A stretch of 64,000 bases of DNA, taken from assembly GCA_963796115.1 (NCBI GenBank), contig CAWCKE010000001.1, positions 37,993-101,992 on the forward strand, read 5' to 3'. Position numbers and translations under genes: made by a program. The notes beneath the pieces were generated by a model that was not told where the DNA came from, made no database searches, and saw only the letters and a list, made by a program, of their open reading frames with translations. Below are positions 44,139 to 53,080 of this stretch, one piece after another (positions within the stretch are counted from its first letter, which is position 1; every line of letters begins with the position of its first letter). The stretch is from an uncultured Acidimicrobiia bacterium. Its GTDB lineage: Bacteria > Actinomycetota > Acidimicrobiia > Spongiisociales > UBA11373.

Positions 44139-45338
44139 GTGGCAACGCCGAAGCTGACGGTGCGGGGCGGCCACCCCGGCCTGCTCGACCTCCCCTGGGA
44201 CCTTCCCATGGCGGACTGGCACGATCCCCGCCGCCTGGACCTGCCCAAGGGGATCTCCCGCCACCAGGTCCACTTCTTCGGCTTCGAGGACGGCATCTAC
44301 GCGGTGAAGGAGCTGCCCCTGTCCCTGGCCCGCCACGAGTACTCCGTGCTCCGCCGGCTGGAGGACCTGGGGGCACCGTCGGTGCGGCCCGTCGGACTGG
44401 CCGAGCGACCCTGGCTCGACCCCTACGAGGAGGCCTCGGCGGTCCTGGTCACCGCCTACGTCGAGTACGCCTTCTCCTACCGGGAGCTGCTCTCCGGCTG
44501 GGGCTTCGGGGAGCGGCGCAACCAGATGCTGGACGCTTTCGCCGGCCTCCTGGTGGAGATCCACCTGCTCGGCTGCCACTGGGGCGACTGCTCGCTCTCC
44601 AACGTCCTCTACCGCTACGACGCCGGGGCGATCGAGATGATCATGGTGGACGCCGAGACGGCCCGCCTCTACCCCTCCCTGTCCGACGGGCAGCGGGAGG
44701 ACGACGTCCAGTTGATGGTGGAGAACGTGGCCGGCGGCATGGCCGACCTCGCCGCGGAGGCAGGCATCGACCTCGACCTGGCCGACCTGTTGCTCGGCGA
44801 GGACATCGCCGCCCGGTACCGGGCCCTCTGGCGGGAGGTGATCCCGGAGGGCGTCATCGGCGCCGACGAGCAATACCGGATCACCGAGCGGATCAACCGC
44901 CTCAACGACTTGGGCTTCGAGGTGGACGACCTGGCGCTGATCCCCGAGGCCGGCGGCAACCGGCTGCGCATGCGGCTGACGGTCGTCGGGAGGAACTTCC
45001 ACTCGCATCGCCTGCGCGAGCTCACCGGGCTCGAGGCGACCGAGAACCAGGCCCGCCAGATCCTCTCCGACCTGCGCTACTTCGAGGCAGCACAGGGACT
45101 CACCTCACCCGACCGCAAGCACCTCGCCCCCATCCGCTGGCGGGTCGAGGTGTTCGAGCCGATGATCTCCCGCCTGCGGTCACTGGAGGATCGCGCCGCC
45201 CTCGACCCGGTCCAGGCCTACACCGACTTCCTCCACCACCGCTATCTGCTGTCGGCCGAGGCCGGCCGCGACGTCCCGAACGAAGAGGCCTTCATCCGCT
45301 GGGTCGAGGCCGGCCAGCCCGGCTACCCGCTGGGCTGA
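44139..45338 (+). CDS. DUF4032-type protein (kinase-like fold N-terminal half)
   Basis: The frame is intact for 400 codons from the GTG at 44139. It reads VATPKLTVRGGHPGLLDLPWDLPMADW...VHFFGFEDGIYAVKELPLSLARHEYSVLRRLEDLGAPSV...LVEIHLLGCHWGDCSLSNVLYRYDAGAIEMIMVDAETA (HxGDxxxxN, DxE). The family call is from memory of actinobacterial DUF4032 proteins. Confidence 0.55.
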   Translation: MATPKLTVRGGHPGLLDLPWDLPMADWHDPRRLDLPKGISRHQVHFFGFEDGIYAVKELPLSLARHEYSVLRRLEDLGAPSVRPVGLAERPWLDPYEEASAVLVTAYVEYAFSYRELLSGWGFGERRNQMLDAFAGLLVEIHLLGCHWGDCSLSNVLYRYDAGAIEMIMVDAETARLYPSLSDGQREDDVQLMVENVAGGMADLAAEAGIDLDLADLLLGEDIAARYRALWREVIPEGVIGADEQYRITERINRLNDLGFEVDDLALIPEAGGNRLRMRLTVVGRNFHSHRLRELTGLEATENQARQILSDLRYFEAAQGLTSPDRKHLAPIRWRVEVFEPMISRLRSLEDRAALDPVQAYTDFLHHRYLLSAEAGRDVPNEEAFIRWVEAGQPGYPLG

Positions 45339-45341
45339 CGC

Positions 45342-45974
45342 TCACCCCGCCACGATCGCCAGGGCCGCCCTCAGGTCGGCGGCGATCATCTCCCGCTTGG
45401 AGCGTTCGATCAGGTAGCTCCGGCCGGTCTGCAGGTAGGAGGGGAAGACCCGCTTCCCCTCGAACCAGTACTCGCCACCCCGCACCCGCCACGTGGGCCC
45501 CGCGGGAATCGCGCGCTTCCCCGTGCGGCGGCGGGCGATGGCGTTGAAGGCGCCGATGGCCACGTCGCCCATCAGCATGATCACCCGCGCCGCCGGGAAC
45601 AGGTCCAGCTCCTTCTCCAGCAAGTGGGAGCAGGCCTCCACGGTCGGCCGCCCCACCCCGTATCCCGCCTTGGCGCATTTGATCGCCGTCGTCAGGTAGA
45701 CCCCGTGAGCCTCCAGTTCCCGGCGCGAGTCCGCCGGCAGCCCGGCGGCGCGGAAGGCGTCGAGCGTGGTCTCCAGATGGAAGGGGAGGCCGCGGGCGAA
45801 CAGGCCGTCGGCGGCATCGGGAGCGGGGGCCTCGGCCACCACGACCATCCGCACCCGGCCGGGCTCGATGTTCCCCCCGCCGATCTCGTGCCGTCCGTGG
45901 TCCACGTCCCCACAGGGGAAATCGGCACAGGAGACCCGAGCGCTCAGCCGCATGCCCTGCCTTTCGCCGTCCAC
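45342..45974 (-). CDS. Uracil-DNA-glycosylase-superfamily protein
   Basis: VRMVVVAEAPAPD is a variant of the GEAPG motif. LTTAIKCAK, VIMLMGDVAIGAFN and RVFPSYLQTG (HPS-like motif B) are also present. The start is uncertain. Confidence 0.55.
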   Translation of the reverse strand: MDGERQGMRLSARVSCADFPCGDVDHGRHEIGGGNIEPGRVRMVVVAEAPAPDAADGLFARGLPFHLETTLDAFRAAGLPADSRRELEAHGVYLTTAIKCAKAGYGVGRPTVEACSHLLEKELDLFPAARVIMLMGDVAIGAFNAIARRRTGKRAIPAGPTWRVRGGEYWFEGKRVFPSYLQTGRSYLIERSKREMIAADLRAALAIVAG

Positions 45975-46022
45975 CGAGCATACGCCGGGAACGGCCGCCC
46001 GGGCGGGCCCACCCTCTTCCGG

Positions 46023-46544
46023 CTACGCCCCGGCCCGGTGCCGCTTCACCCCGCCGTAGTGCATCCGGGTGTCCTCCATGCGGGCCACCGGCGCATCCTC
46101 CCCGCCACCCTGGAAGCCGCAGTCCACCACCTCGCCCAGGAACAGGGTGTGGGTGCCGCAGTCCACCGCCTGCCGGAGACGGCAGTCGAGGTAGGCGATC
46201 GCCTCCTCGAAGATCGGGGCCCCGGTCAGCCCGGTGCGCACCGGCCGGCCGTTGAGGGTGTTGCCCTCGCGCCGGACCGGCTTGGAGAAGGCGACGAAGG
46301 GCCGGGTGTCCGCCCGGGACCAGAGGTTGACGGTGAAGGCCCTGCCTTCGCTGATGAGCCGATGAGTGACGGCCTGGCGGTCGACGGAGACCGCGACCAG
46401 CACCGGTTCCATGGACACCTGGGTGACCCAGCTCGCGGTCATGCCGTTCCATTCGTCGCCGGAAGAGGCGCCGATCAGGCAGAGGACGTTGGGTATCTTC
46501 CAGAGGACCCGGTTGACGGTCTCGTCGGGTACGGCCGGCGGCAT
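46023..46544 (-). CDS. Flavin reductase-like FMN-binding (split-barrel) protein
   Basis: GGAGGAG precedes the ATG at 46544. The sequence reads MPPAVPDETVNRVLWKIPNVLCLIGASSGDEWNGMTASWVTQVSMEPVLVAVSVDRQAVTHRLISEGRAFTVNLW...HTLFLGEVVD. Confidence 0.75.
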   Translation of the reverse strand: MPPAVPDETVNRVLWKIPNVLCLIGASSGDEWNGMTASWVTQVSMEPVLVAVSVDRQAVTHRLISEGRAFTVNLWSRADTRPFVAFSKPVRREGNTLNGRPVRTGLTGAPIFEEAIAYLDCRLRQAVDCGTHTLFLGEVVDCGFQGGGEDAPVARMEDTRMHYGGVKRHRAGA

Positions 46545-46601
46545 TTGGCTCCTCCTCTCGCCGCCGGAGCGTACCCGTGCGGCGCCGGATAGTCTGAGGG
46601 G

Positions 46602-47093
46602 ATGCGGATGCTCATCGCCACCGCCGGGGTGCTCAGCCCCGACCCCGTGTCCCAATTCGCCGAGAGGCTGGTCGGCCCTGATGGCTGGGTGCGGGTGATC
46701 ACCGTCATCGAGGTGCCCCGCTCCTTCCTGGACGAGATCCGGGGCGAGGGATGGCACCCTCTGAGCGATGCCGGCCGCGCCTGGAGCAGCGAAGAGGACG
46801 CCCTCATCGCCCGCTACGTCGAGGAACGCGGCCACCGCCTCACCGACCCGCTGTTGGCCGCCCTGCGGGCACGGGGCATCGAGGCGACGGTCACCTACCT
46901 GGAGGGGGAGCAACCGGCCGAGACGATCATCGCCGCCGCCGAAGAGATGAAGGCCGACGTCGTCGTGCTCGGCGCCACCAAGCACCTCTTCTCCGAGTGG
47001 GAGAGCGTCTCCGCCCGGGTGCTGCGCGACACGCGCCGGCCCGTCCTGGTCATCCCCGCCACGCCCAGGCCCGTGGACGAGATGGCCGAGTGA
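46602..47093 (+). CDS. Universal stress protein family
   Basis: The 163-aa ORF reads MRMLIATAG...IIAAAEEMKADVVVLGATKH...SVSARVLRDTRRPVLVIP, a typical UspA pattern. Confidence 0.7.
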   Translation: MRMLIATAGVLSPDPVSQFAERLVGPDGWVRVITVIEVPRSFLDEIRGEGWHPLSDAGRAWSSEEDALIARYVEERGHRLTDPLLAALRARGIEATVTYLEGEQPAETIIAAAEEMKADVVVLGATKHLFSEWESVSARVLRDTRRPVLVIPATPRPVDEMAE

Positions 47094-47974
47094 TAGTGGA
47101 GGCGCGTCGCACCCCCGACGAGCGCTTCGCCTCGCTGCCCGGTTTCCCCTGGGCACCCCGGTACCTGGAGTGGAACGGGCTGCGCCTCCACTACCTGGAC
47201 GAAGGGGCGGGCCCGCCGGTGGTGCTGTTCCACGGCGAGCCGACCTGGTGCTTTCTGTACCGCAAGGTGGCCGTCCCGCTGCTCGCCGCCGGCTACCGGG
47301 TGATCGCCCCCGACTACCCCGGGTTCGGCCGCTCCGACAAGCCGGTGGACCCCGCCTTCTACACCTACGACAACCACACTTCCGCCATGGCGGCGGTGGT
47401 CGAGCACCTCGGGCTGGAAGGGGCGACGGCGGTGGTGCAGGACTGGGGCGGGCCCATCGGCCTCCGCCTCGCGGTCGCCCTCCCGCGCCGCTTCCGCCGC
47501 CTCTGCGTGCTCAACACGTCGCTCTTCACCGGCCCGCCCTCTGAGGGCTTCCTGCGCTGGCGGGCGTTCATGGCCCGTCTCGAGGACCCCCGGGTGGGCG
47601 AGATCATCCGCCGCTCCCTGGTCGGCGCCCCGTCGGAACAGGTGATCGCCGCCTACGACGCCCCCTTCCCCGACGCTGCCTCCAAGATGGGAGTGCGTCG
47701 CTTCCCCGAGATCGTGCCCACCGGCCCTGCCGACCCCGGAGCCTCCGAGATGCACCGGGTGGAGACGGCGCTCGCCTCGTGGCAGGGCCCCGCCCTGGTC
47801 CTCTTCTCCACCGCCGACCCGATCTTCTCCGTCGAGGTGGGGCGCCGGTGGGCCGACGCCATCCCCGGCGCCGGGCCGCTGGAGACGATCGACGAAGCCG
47901 GCCATTTCCTGCAGGAGGACCGGGGCGAGGACGTGGGCACCGCCATCGCCGCCTTCCTGCGGCGCACCGACTGA
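47090..47974 (+). CDS. Haloalkane dehalogenase (HLD-I, DhlA-like alpha/beta hydrolase)
   Basis: The GTG at 47090 overlaps the usp stop. The sequence reads LHYLDEGAGPPVVLFHGEPTWCFLYRKVAVPLLAAGYRVIAPDYPGFGRSDKP...ATAVVQDWGGPIGLRLA (Asp nucleophile in QDWGG) ...GHFLQEDRG. From memory, it closely parallels the Xanthobacter DhlA motif order. Confidence 0.75.
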   Translation: MIVEARRTPDERFASLPGFPWAPRYLEWNGLRLHYLDEGAGPPVVLFHGEPTWCFLYRKVAVPLLAAGYRVIAPDYPGFGRSDKPVDPAFYTYDNHTSAMAAVVEHLGLEGATAVVQDWGGPIGLRLAVALPRRFRRLCVLNTSLFTGPPSEGFLRWRAFMARLEDPRVGEIIRRSLVGAPSEQVIAAYDAPFPDAASKMGVRRFPEIVPTGPADPGASEMHRVETALASWQGPALVLFSTADPIFSVEVGRRWADAIPGAGPLETIDEAGHFLQEDRGEDVGTAIAAFLRRTD

Positions 47975-48002
47975 CCGATGCCGCGAGCGCCGACCCGTAC
48001 CG

Positions 48003-49226
48003 ATGCGCACCGCCGCGGTGGCCGGGGCGGCCGTCCCGCTGGCCTTCCTGGTCGGCCGCGACGGCTCCCCGCTCTGGCAGGCCATCCGAGTGCTCGTGGT
48101 CGTCTCGCTGGCCGCCGCGGCGATCGCGGTGATCCTCCGACTCGGCCGCTGGTGGCGAGCCGGGGCGCTGTTGTTGTTCGGGATCGTCGGCACGGCGGTG
48201 GGGGTCGGCATCGCCCCCGCCTGGCTCGCCAAGTCGGGCTTCGGGGCGGTGGCGGCGGCCGGACTGGTGGCCCTCGTGGCCGGCCTGGCCTCCCTCGCCT
48301 TCGGCCTGGCCGACCTGGGCAGGTCGATGGGCGGATGGCGCGTCTGGGCGACCCGGGCGGTGGCGCTGCTGGGCTGCGCCGTGCTCTTCCTGGCCCTGGG
48401 CATCGCGGTGGCTGCTACCAACATCCCGCCCACCGGCCTGGGCCCGGAGACACCCGCCGACCGCGGCCTGGCGTTCGAAGAGGCGGCGTTCACCACCGAC
48501 GACGGGGCCACCCTGTCCGGCTGGTACGTGCCGTCGGTCAACGGGGCGGCGGTCCTGCTGCTGCACGGCGCGGGATCCACGCGATCGTCTGCCCTGGATC
48601 AGGCCGTCGTCCTCGCCCGGGGTGGCTACGGGGTGCTGCTCCTCGACGCCCGCGGGCACGGGGAGAGTGGCGGGCGGGCCATGGACTTCGGGTGGTTCGG
48701 GGATGCCGACATCGATGCGGCGGTGGACTGGCTGGGACAGCGTCCCGACGTGGACCGGGCCCGGATCGCCGCCCTCGGGCTGTCGATGGGCGGCGAGGAA
48801 GCCATCGGCGCCGCTGCCGGCGACGAGCGACTGCAGGGCGTCATCGCCGAGGGGGCCACCGGGCGGACCGCCGACGACAAGACGTGGTTGTCGGAGGTAT
48901 ACGGCTTCAACGGCTGGATCCAGGAGCGGGTGGACGACCTGACCTACTGGTTCACCGACCTGCTCACCTCCGCCGGGCCGCCGATCAGCCTGCGGGAGGC
49001 GGCGGCGCAGATGGCGCCCCGGCCGCTGCTCATGATCACCGCCGGGGAACTGGCCGATGAGGCGCTGGCGGCCGAGCACATACGCTCTGCCGCCCCGGGC
49101 AACGTCGAGGTCTGGGAGGTCGCGGGCGCAGGCCACACCGGCGGGTTGGCCGCCTCGCCCGAGGAGTGGGAAGCGAGGGTGCTGGCCTTCCTCGACCGCG
49201 TGCTGGTCACCACGTCGGGGGGCTGA
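48003..49226 (+). CDS. Membrane-anchored alpha/beta hydrolase
   Basis: The N-terminal about 140 residues contain about 4 TM helices. The hydrolase domain has AVLLLHGAGSTRS, LLLDARGHGESGG, IAALGLSMGGEEA (GxSxG) and GAGHTGG. Confidence 0.7.
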   Translation: MRTAAVAGAAVPLAFLVGRDGSPLWQAIRVLVVVSLAAAAIAVILRLGRWWRAGALLLFGIVGTAVGVGIAPAWLAKSGFGAVAAAGLVALVAGLASLAFGLADLGRSMGGWRVWATRAVALLGCAVLFLALGIAVAATNIPPTGLGPETPADRGLAFEEAAFTTDDGATLSGWYVPSVNGAAVLLLHGAGSTRSSALDQAVVLARGGYGVLLLDARGHGESGGRAMDFGWFGDADIDAAVDWLGQRPDVDRARIAALGLSMGGEEAIGAAAGDERLQGVIAEGATGRTADDKTWLSEVYGFNGWIQERVDDLTYWFTDLLTSAGPPISLREAAAQMAPRPLLMITAGELADEALAAEHIRSAAPGNVEVWEVAGAGHTGGLAASPEEWEARVLAFLDRVLVTTSGG

Positions 49227-49244
49227 CCCGCCGGACCCCCGGGG

Positions 49245-49793
49245 TCAGACGCCCATCCAGGCGGCCAGCACCGCGTACGCGCCGGTGGTGAACCGGGCCG
49301 GGTCGGCCATCATCGCCCGCACCTCGTCGAGCGGGTACCAGCGGGGGTCGGCGGTCTCGCCCTCTCGGGCGCGGGGTTCCCCCTCGGCGACGCACGTGAA
49401 GGCCACCAGCAGCGCCGGGTAGGCACCGGCGGTCCCCACCGCCACCGCCGCCGGCTCCACCGCGTGCACCGGGCGGCCGGGCTCCGGTTCCAGGCGCCGG
49501 CCCTCCCCCGCCATCGAGCGCACGGTGAGGCCGGTCTCCTCGGCCACTTCCCGGCATAGAGCCTCCCAGGGGGTCTCCCCAGCCCGCCAGCGACCGGTGG
49601 GGATCTCCAACCGGCCGCGGACCACCTCGGCCTTGTCCCGCCGCTGGAGGAGCAGCTCGCCGGTCCGCTCGCGTAGCACCAGGGCGGCGATGTTGGGCAC
49701 GACCAGGGCCTCGCCGCCCATGCCGGCCACCGGAGCCTGGATCCAGCGCCCGTCCCACCACACCGGGAAGGTGGGATCACCCATCGAGCACAC
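49245..49793 (-). CDS. NUDIX hydrolase
   Basis: The Nudix box is GRWRAGETPWEALCREVAEETGL (GX5EX7REUXEEXGU). The start codon choice is uncertain. Confidence 0.8.
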   Translation of the reverse strand: MCSMGDPTFPVWWDGRWIQAPVAGMGGEALVVPNIAALVLRERTGELLLQRRDKAEVVRGRLEIPTGRWRAGETPWEALCREVAEETGLTVRSMAGEGRRLEPEPGRPVHAVEPAAVAVGTAGAYPALLVAFTCVAEGEPRAREGETADPRWYPLDEVRAMMADPARFTTGAYAVLAAWMGV

Positions 49794-49861
49794 TCCTTGC
49801 TTGCCGGGAGCGGGAGCAACGGACGGTAGCCGTACGGCGTGCCGCCGCGTAGAGTCGGGGC

Positions 49862-50242
49862 ATGACCGAGTTCACGGTCCACCTCGCCAACCGGCCGGGC
49901 ATGCTGGCGATGCTGGCAGAGCAGATCGCCTCGGCCGGCGTCAACATAGAGGCCCTGGCCGCCTACGGCGTCGGCGAGGAGGGCCGGGTGCACCTGATGG
50001 CCGGGGACGCGGCCGCGGTCCGCTCGGTGCTGCGACGAGCCGGCCTGTCCTTCAACGAGCGCGAGGTGCTGGTCACCACGCTGTCGCGCCGTCCGGGGGC
50101 GCTGGCCGCCATGGCGCGGAGCCTGGCGGACGCGGGGGTGAACATCGAAGCCCTGTACCTGCTGCGCTGCTCGGCGGAGGGCCTGGAGTTCGCCGTCGCC
50201 GTGGACGATCCGCAGACCGCTCGCCGGCACCTGGCCCCCTGA
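49862..50242 (+). CDS. ACT-domain protein (two tandem ACT-like halves)
   Basis: MTEFTVHLANRPGMLAMLAEQIASAGVNIEALAAY... and ...LVTTLSRRPGALAAMARSLADAGVNIEALYLL form an internal duplication typical of small ACT regulators. Confidence 0.65.
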   Translation: MTEFTVHLANRPGMLAMLAEQIASAGVNIEALAAYGVGEEGRVHLMAGDAAAVRSVLRRAGLSFNEREVLVTTLSRRPGALAAMARSLADAGVNIEALYLLRCSAEGLEFAVAVDDPQTARRHLAP

Positions 50243-50260
50243 TCGGAGGCGCCCGCCGCC

Positions 50261-50977
50261 CTAGGGGCGACGGGCCGCGGCCGCTGCGGTCAGGTGCTCC
50301 AGGCGGTCGTCGAGCGGCTCCAGTGCCACCCCGGGCCCGTGCCGCCGGCTCAGCCCCCGTCGCAGCAACTCGTCGGCGAACCCCGGGTTCTTGGGCAGCA
50401 GCGAACCGTGCAGGTAGGTGCCGAAGCAGTTGGCGGTGACCGCCCCCTCCTCACGGCGGGTCTCGTTGTTGCCGTAGCCCTTCTTCACCCGCCCCAGCGC
50501 GGCTTGGCCGGAGTCGAGCAGGGTGCGCCCGGAGTGGTTCTCGAACCCGACCAGATCGCCCCACCGGGTGGCCGCGACCACGTTGCCGATCATGCGCTTG
50601 CGGCCGCCGATGGTCTCCATGGCAAACACCCCGATGCCCGGGATCTCGCTCCCGTCCTGGGTGAGGAAGCGGCGCCCGAACAGCTGGTAGGTGCCGCAGA
50701 TGGTGAGGAAGACCGTGCCGGCGGCCACCGCCTCGTGGATGGCCGCCGAGCGCCGCTGGAGGTCCTCGGCCACCTGCAGCTGAGAGCGATCCTGGCCCCC
50801 GCCGCCGAAGACCAGGTCGGCGCCCGTGAAGTCGTAGGGGGCCCCCACCGGCACGGGATCCACCCGCGCCCCCAGCCCGCGCCACTCGAGGCGGCGGCGC
50901 AGCGCGATCACGTTGCCGGTGTCGCCGTAGATGTTCATCTCGTACGGGTACAGGTGGGCAATCACCAGGTCGCTCAC
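50261..50977 (-). CDS. gatD: Lipid II isoglutaminyl synthase, glutaminase subunit GatD (CobQ-type GATase)
   Basis: The sequence reads MSDLVIAHLYPYEMNIYGDTGNVIALRRRLEWRG...LVFGGGGQDR...VFLTICGTYQLFG (catalytic Cys) ...FGTYLHGSLLPKNP. The start overlaps the murT stop. Confidence 0.85.
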   Translation of the reverse strand: MSDLVIAHLYPYEMNIYGDTGNVIALRRRLEWRGLGARVDPVPVGAPYDFTGADLVFGGGGQDRSQLQVAEDLQRRSAAIHEAVAAGTVFLTICGTYQLFGRRFLTQDGSEIPGIGVFAMETIGGRKRMIGNVVAATRWGDLVGFENHSGRTLLDSGQAALGRVKKGYGNNETRREEGAVTANCFGTYLHGSLLPKNPGFADELLRRGLSRRHGPGVALEPLDDRLEHLTAAAAARRP

Positions 50978-52257
50978 GCCCAGGCCTCCCGCTTGCTGGT
51001 GCCGGGCATGAGCAGGTCGAGGAACCGCAGCATCGCGGTGTAGGTGGGCACCAGGTAGCCGGTTCCCCCCGGGGGGACCTCACCGAGGAAGCGCTCCAGG
51101 GCGGCGGCGAAGTCGGTCTCGCTCCAGGCGTCGAGACCGGCGTACTTGAGGCGCAGCGCCATGTCGTAGGCGCGCAGGCCGGCGGTGCCGAAGCGGTGGC
51201 CCGTGCCGGCCAGGTCCTCCACCCGGGCGTCCCAGAGCCAGGACACGTCCCGGCCGTCGGCATCGAGGTCGTTGATGGCGATGAGCACCGGGGCCCCCGC
51301 CGGGAGCGCGCCGAGCAGGCGGATCGCCTGGTTGAAACCGGCCGGGTTCTTGACCAGCTGCAGCTTCACCCGGCGTCCCCGGTACTCGACCACCTGCCCC
51401 CGGCCGAAGGCGGGGCGGGTCTCCTCGAGGGCGCCGATTGCCCGCGCCAGCGGCACGCCCATCTCGCCGGCGGCGAGGGTCGCCGCCGCCGCGTTGTAGC
51501 CGTTGTAGGGGCCGGAGATCTGGAGGTGGGCTGCCGCCCGCTCCCCCGAGGCGGCGGCCAGCTCGATCACCTGGCCGTCGCCCTCGGGCTCCGCCCCCTC
51601 CAGGCACAGGTCCAGGGGCGGCCGCGGCGCCTCCTCCCCCGGCCCATACAGCCCGGAATCGTGGGGCATGGCCCGCCGGATCGCCTCCGCGCCACCGAAG
51701 AACCGGGCGGCCGGGGCCGATGCGGCCATCTCTGCGACCAGGGGATCGTCGGCATTGAGCACCGCCACCCCGGCGTGGCGCACCGCCTCGGCGACATGCG
51801 CGGCGGTGGTCGCCAGCTCTCCGTAGCGATCCAGTTGGTCGCGGGCCAGGTTGGTCACCACGATCACCTTCGGTCGCAGCCGCGGGGCCAGGGTGCGCAC
51901 CGCGGCCTCGTCGGCCTCGAACACGGCCACGTCGGCATCGACCCGGCCCTTCCAGGAGGCCACCTCGATGAGGCGGCTGGCAATGCCCCGGGCCAGGTTC
52001 GAGCCGGTGCCGTTGGTCACCACCTGCCAGCCCTCGCCTTCGAGCATGCCCACCAGCATCTTGGTGGTGGTGGTCTTGCCGTTGGTTCCGGTGACCACGA
52101 CTACCCCCCGTCGCACCGGGGCGACCAGTCGCTCGATGGTGCGGGGGTCCACCTTCTCGGCGATCAGCCCGGGCAGAGCGGAGCCGCCCCTCCCCAGCAG
52201 GCGGCTGAGCCGCCCGGCGGCCCTCCCGAGGGCGGTGGCCAGGACGAGGCGCAGCAC
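50974..52257 (-). CDS. murT: Lipid II isoglutaminyl synthase, Mur-ligase-like subunit MurT
   Basis: VVVVTGTNGKTTTTKMLVGMLEGEG is a Mur ligase P-loop. The sequence continues ...IVVTNLARDQLDRYGE... and has a C-terminal DUF1727-like region (DVSWLWDARVEDL). It is paired with gatD. Confidence 0.85.
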   Translation of the reverse strand: MLRLVLATALGRAAGRLSRLLGRGGSALPGLIAEKVDPRTIERLVAPVRRGVVVVTGTNGKTTTTKMLVGMLEGEGWQVVTNGTGSNLARGIASRLIEVASWKGRVDADVAVFEADEAAVRTLAPRLRPKVIVVTNLARDQLDRYGELATTAAHVAEAVRHAGVAVLNADDPLVAEMAASAPAARFFGGAEAIRRAMPHDSGLYGPGEEAPRPPLDLCLEGAEPEGDGQVIELAAASGERAAAHLQISGPYNGYNAAAATLAAGEMGVPLARAIGALEETRPAFGRGQVVEYRGRRVKLQLVKNPAGFNQAIRLLGALPAGAPVLIAINDLDADGRDVSWLWDARVEDLAGTGHRFGTAGLRAYDMALRLKYAGLDAWSETDFAAALERFLGEVPPGGTGYLVPTYTAMLRFLDLLMPGTSKREAWA

Positions 52258-52356
52258 GCGGCGACTCTACCGCCGTCACCTCTCTGCGAGAGACCCCGAA
52301 CGCGACGGGAGGGCCTCGGCGGAGGCCCTCCCGCGTCGGCGTGCTCAAGGGAGAGG

Positions 52357-53013
52357 TCAGGCGCCCAATTCGTCGGAGTCGAAGCGGCCAGCGCCGTCCC
52401 GGCAGGGGCCGCCCCCGGGGCCGCCGCCCATTAGGGGACGCTCGAGCTCCCCGTTCACCAGGGCAGTGATGTGCTCGGTGGCCGCGGCCAGCAGCTCCGC
52501 CTTCTCTTCCTCGGTGATGCGGCCATTGGCCACCGCCTCGTCGAGGCGGTCCTCGGCCACCCCGACCAGGTGGTCGATGAGGTCTGCGGGGTCAACGTCG
52601 TTGGCTTCGGCGATCTCGGCCAGGGTGGACCCATCGGCCAGGGCCTCGACGAGCTCCCGGCCGGTGATGCCCAGGAAGTCGGCCGCCTCGTCCAGGGCCA
52701 TCAGGCCGCGAACGGCGCGGTGCCCCAGGCGGGGCAGGTGCTCGGCCAGGGTGTCGGCCACCGCCTCCGCCTGGTCGTCGGTGATCGTGCCGGAGGAGAC
52801 CAGCGGCGCCAGCCACTCGATGAGCCTGGAGCGCAGCGGGGTGTCGTCGGCGGAAGCCGTTTCGTCGGCTGCCTCCGTCTGGGCCACCGCCGTCTCGTCG
52901 GCAACGGTGGAGAACACCGAGGAGCCGTCGCCGGCCTGCGCGATGGCGATCCCCGTGGTGGCCACGACGGCCACCGCCACCAGCATGGCGCCGATCTTGA
53001 GGGTCTGCTTCAA
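52357..53013 (-). CDS. Secreted acidic, Ala-rich hypothetical protein
   Basis: The signal peptide is MKQTLKIGAMLVAVAVVATTGIAIAQA. Helical repeats follow (ITDDQAEAVADTLAEHL; ITEEEKAELLAAATEHI). The C-terminal tail is Gly/Pro-rich (MGGGPGGGPC). I recognised no family. Confidence 0.5.
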   Translation of the reverse strand: MKQTLKIGAMLVAVAVVATTGIAIAQAGDGSSVFSTVADETAVAQTEAADETASADDTPLRSRLIEWLAPLVSSGTITDDQAEAVADTLAEHLPRLGHRAVRGLMALDEAADFLGITGRELVEALADGSTLAEIAEANDVDPADLIDHLVGVAEDRLDEAVANGRITEEEKAELLAAATEHITALVNGELERPLMGGGPGGGPCRDGAGRFDSDELGA

Positions 53014-53080
53014 TCCAGCCTCCTAGGTTCGCGGTGGCCCCAGCATCGACCGCCCGTGTTCGAGATCGGTAAGCACCTCT

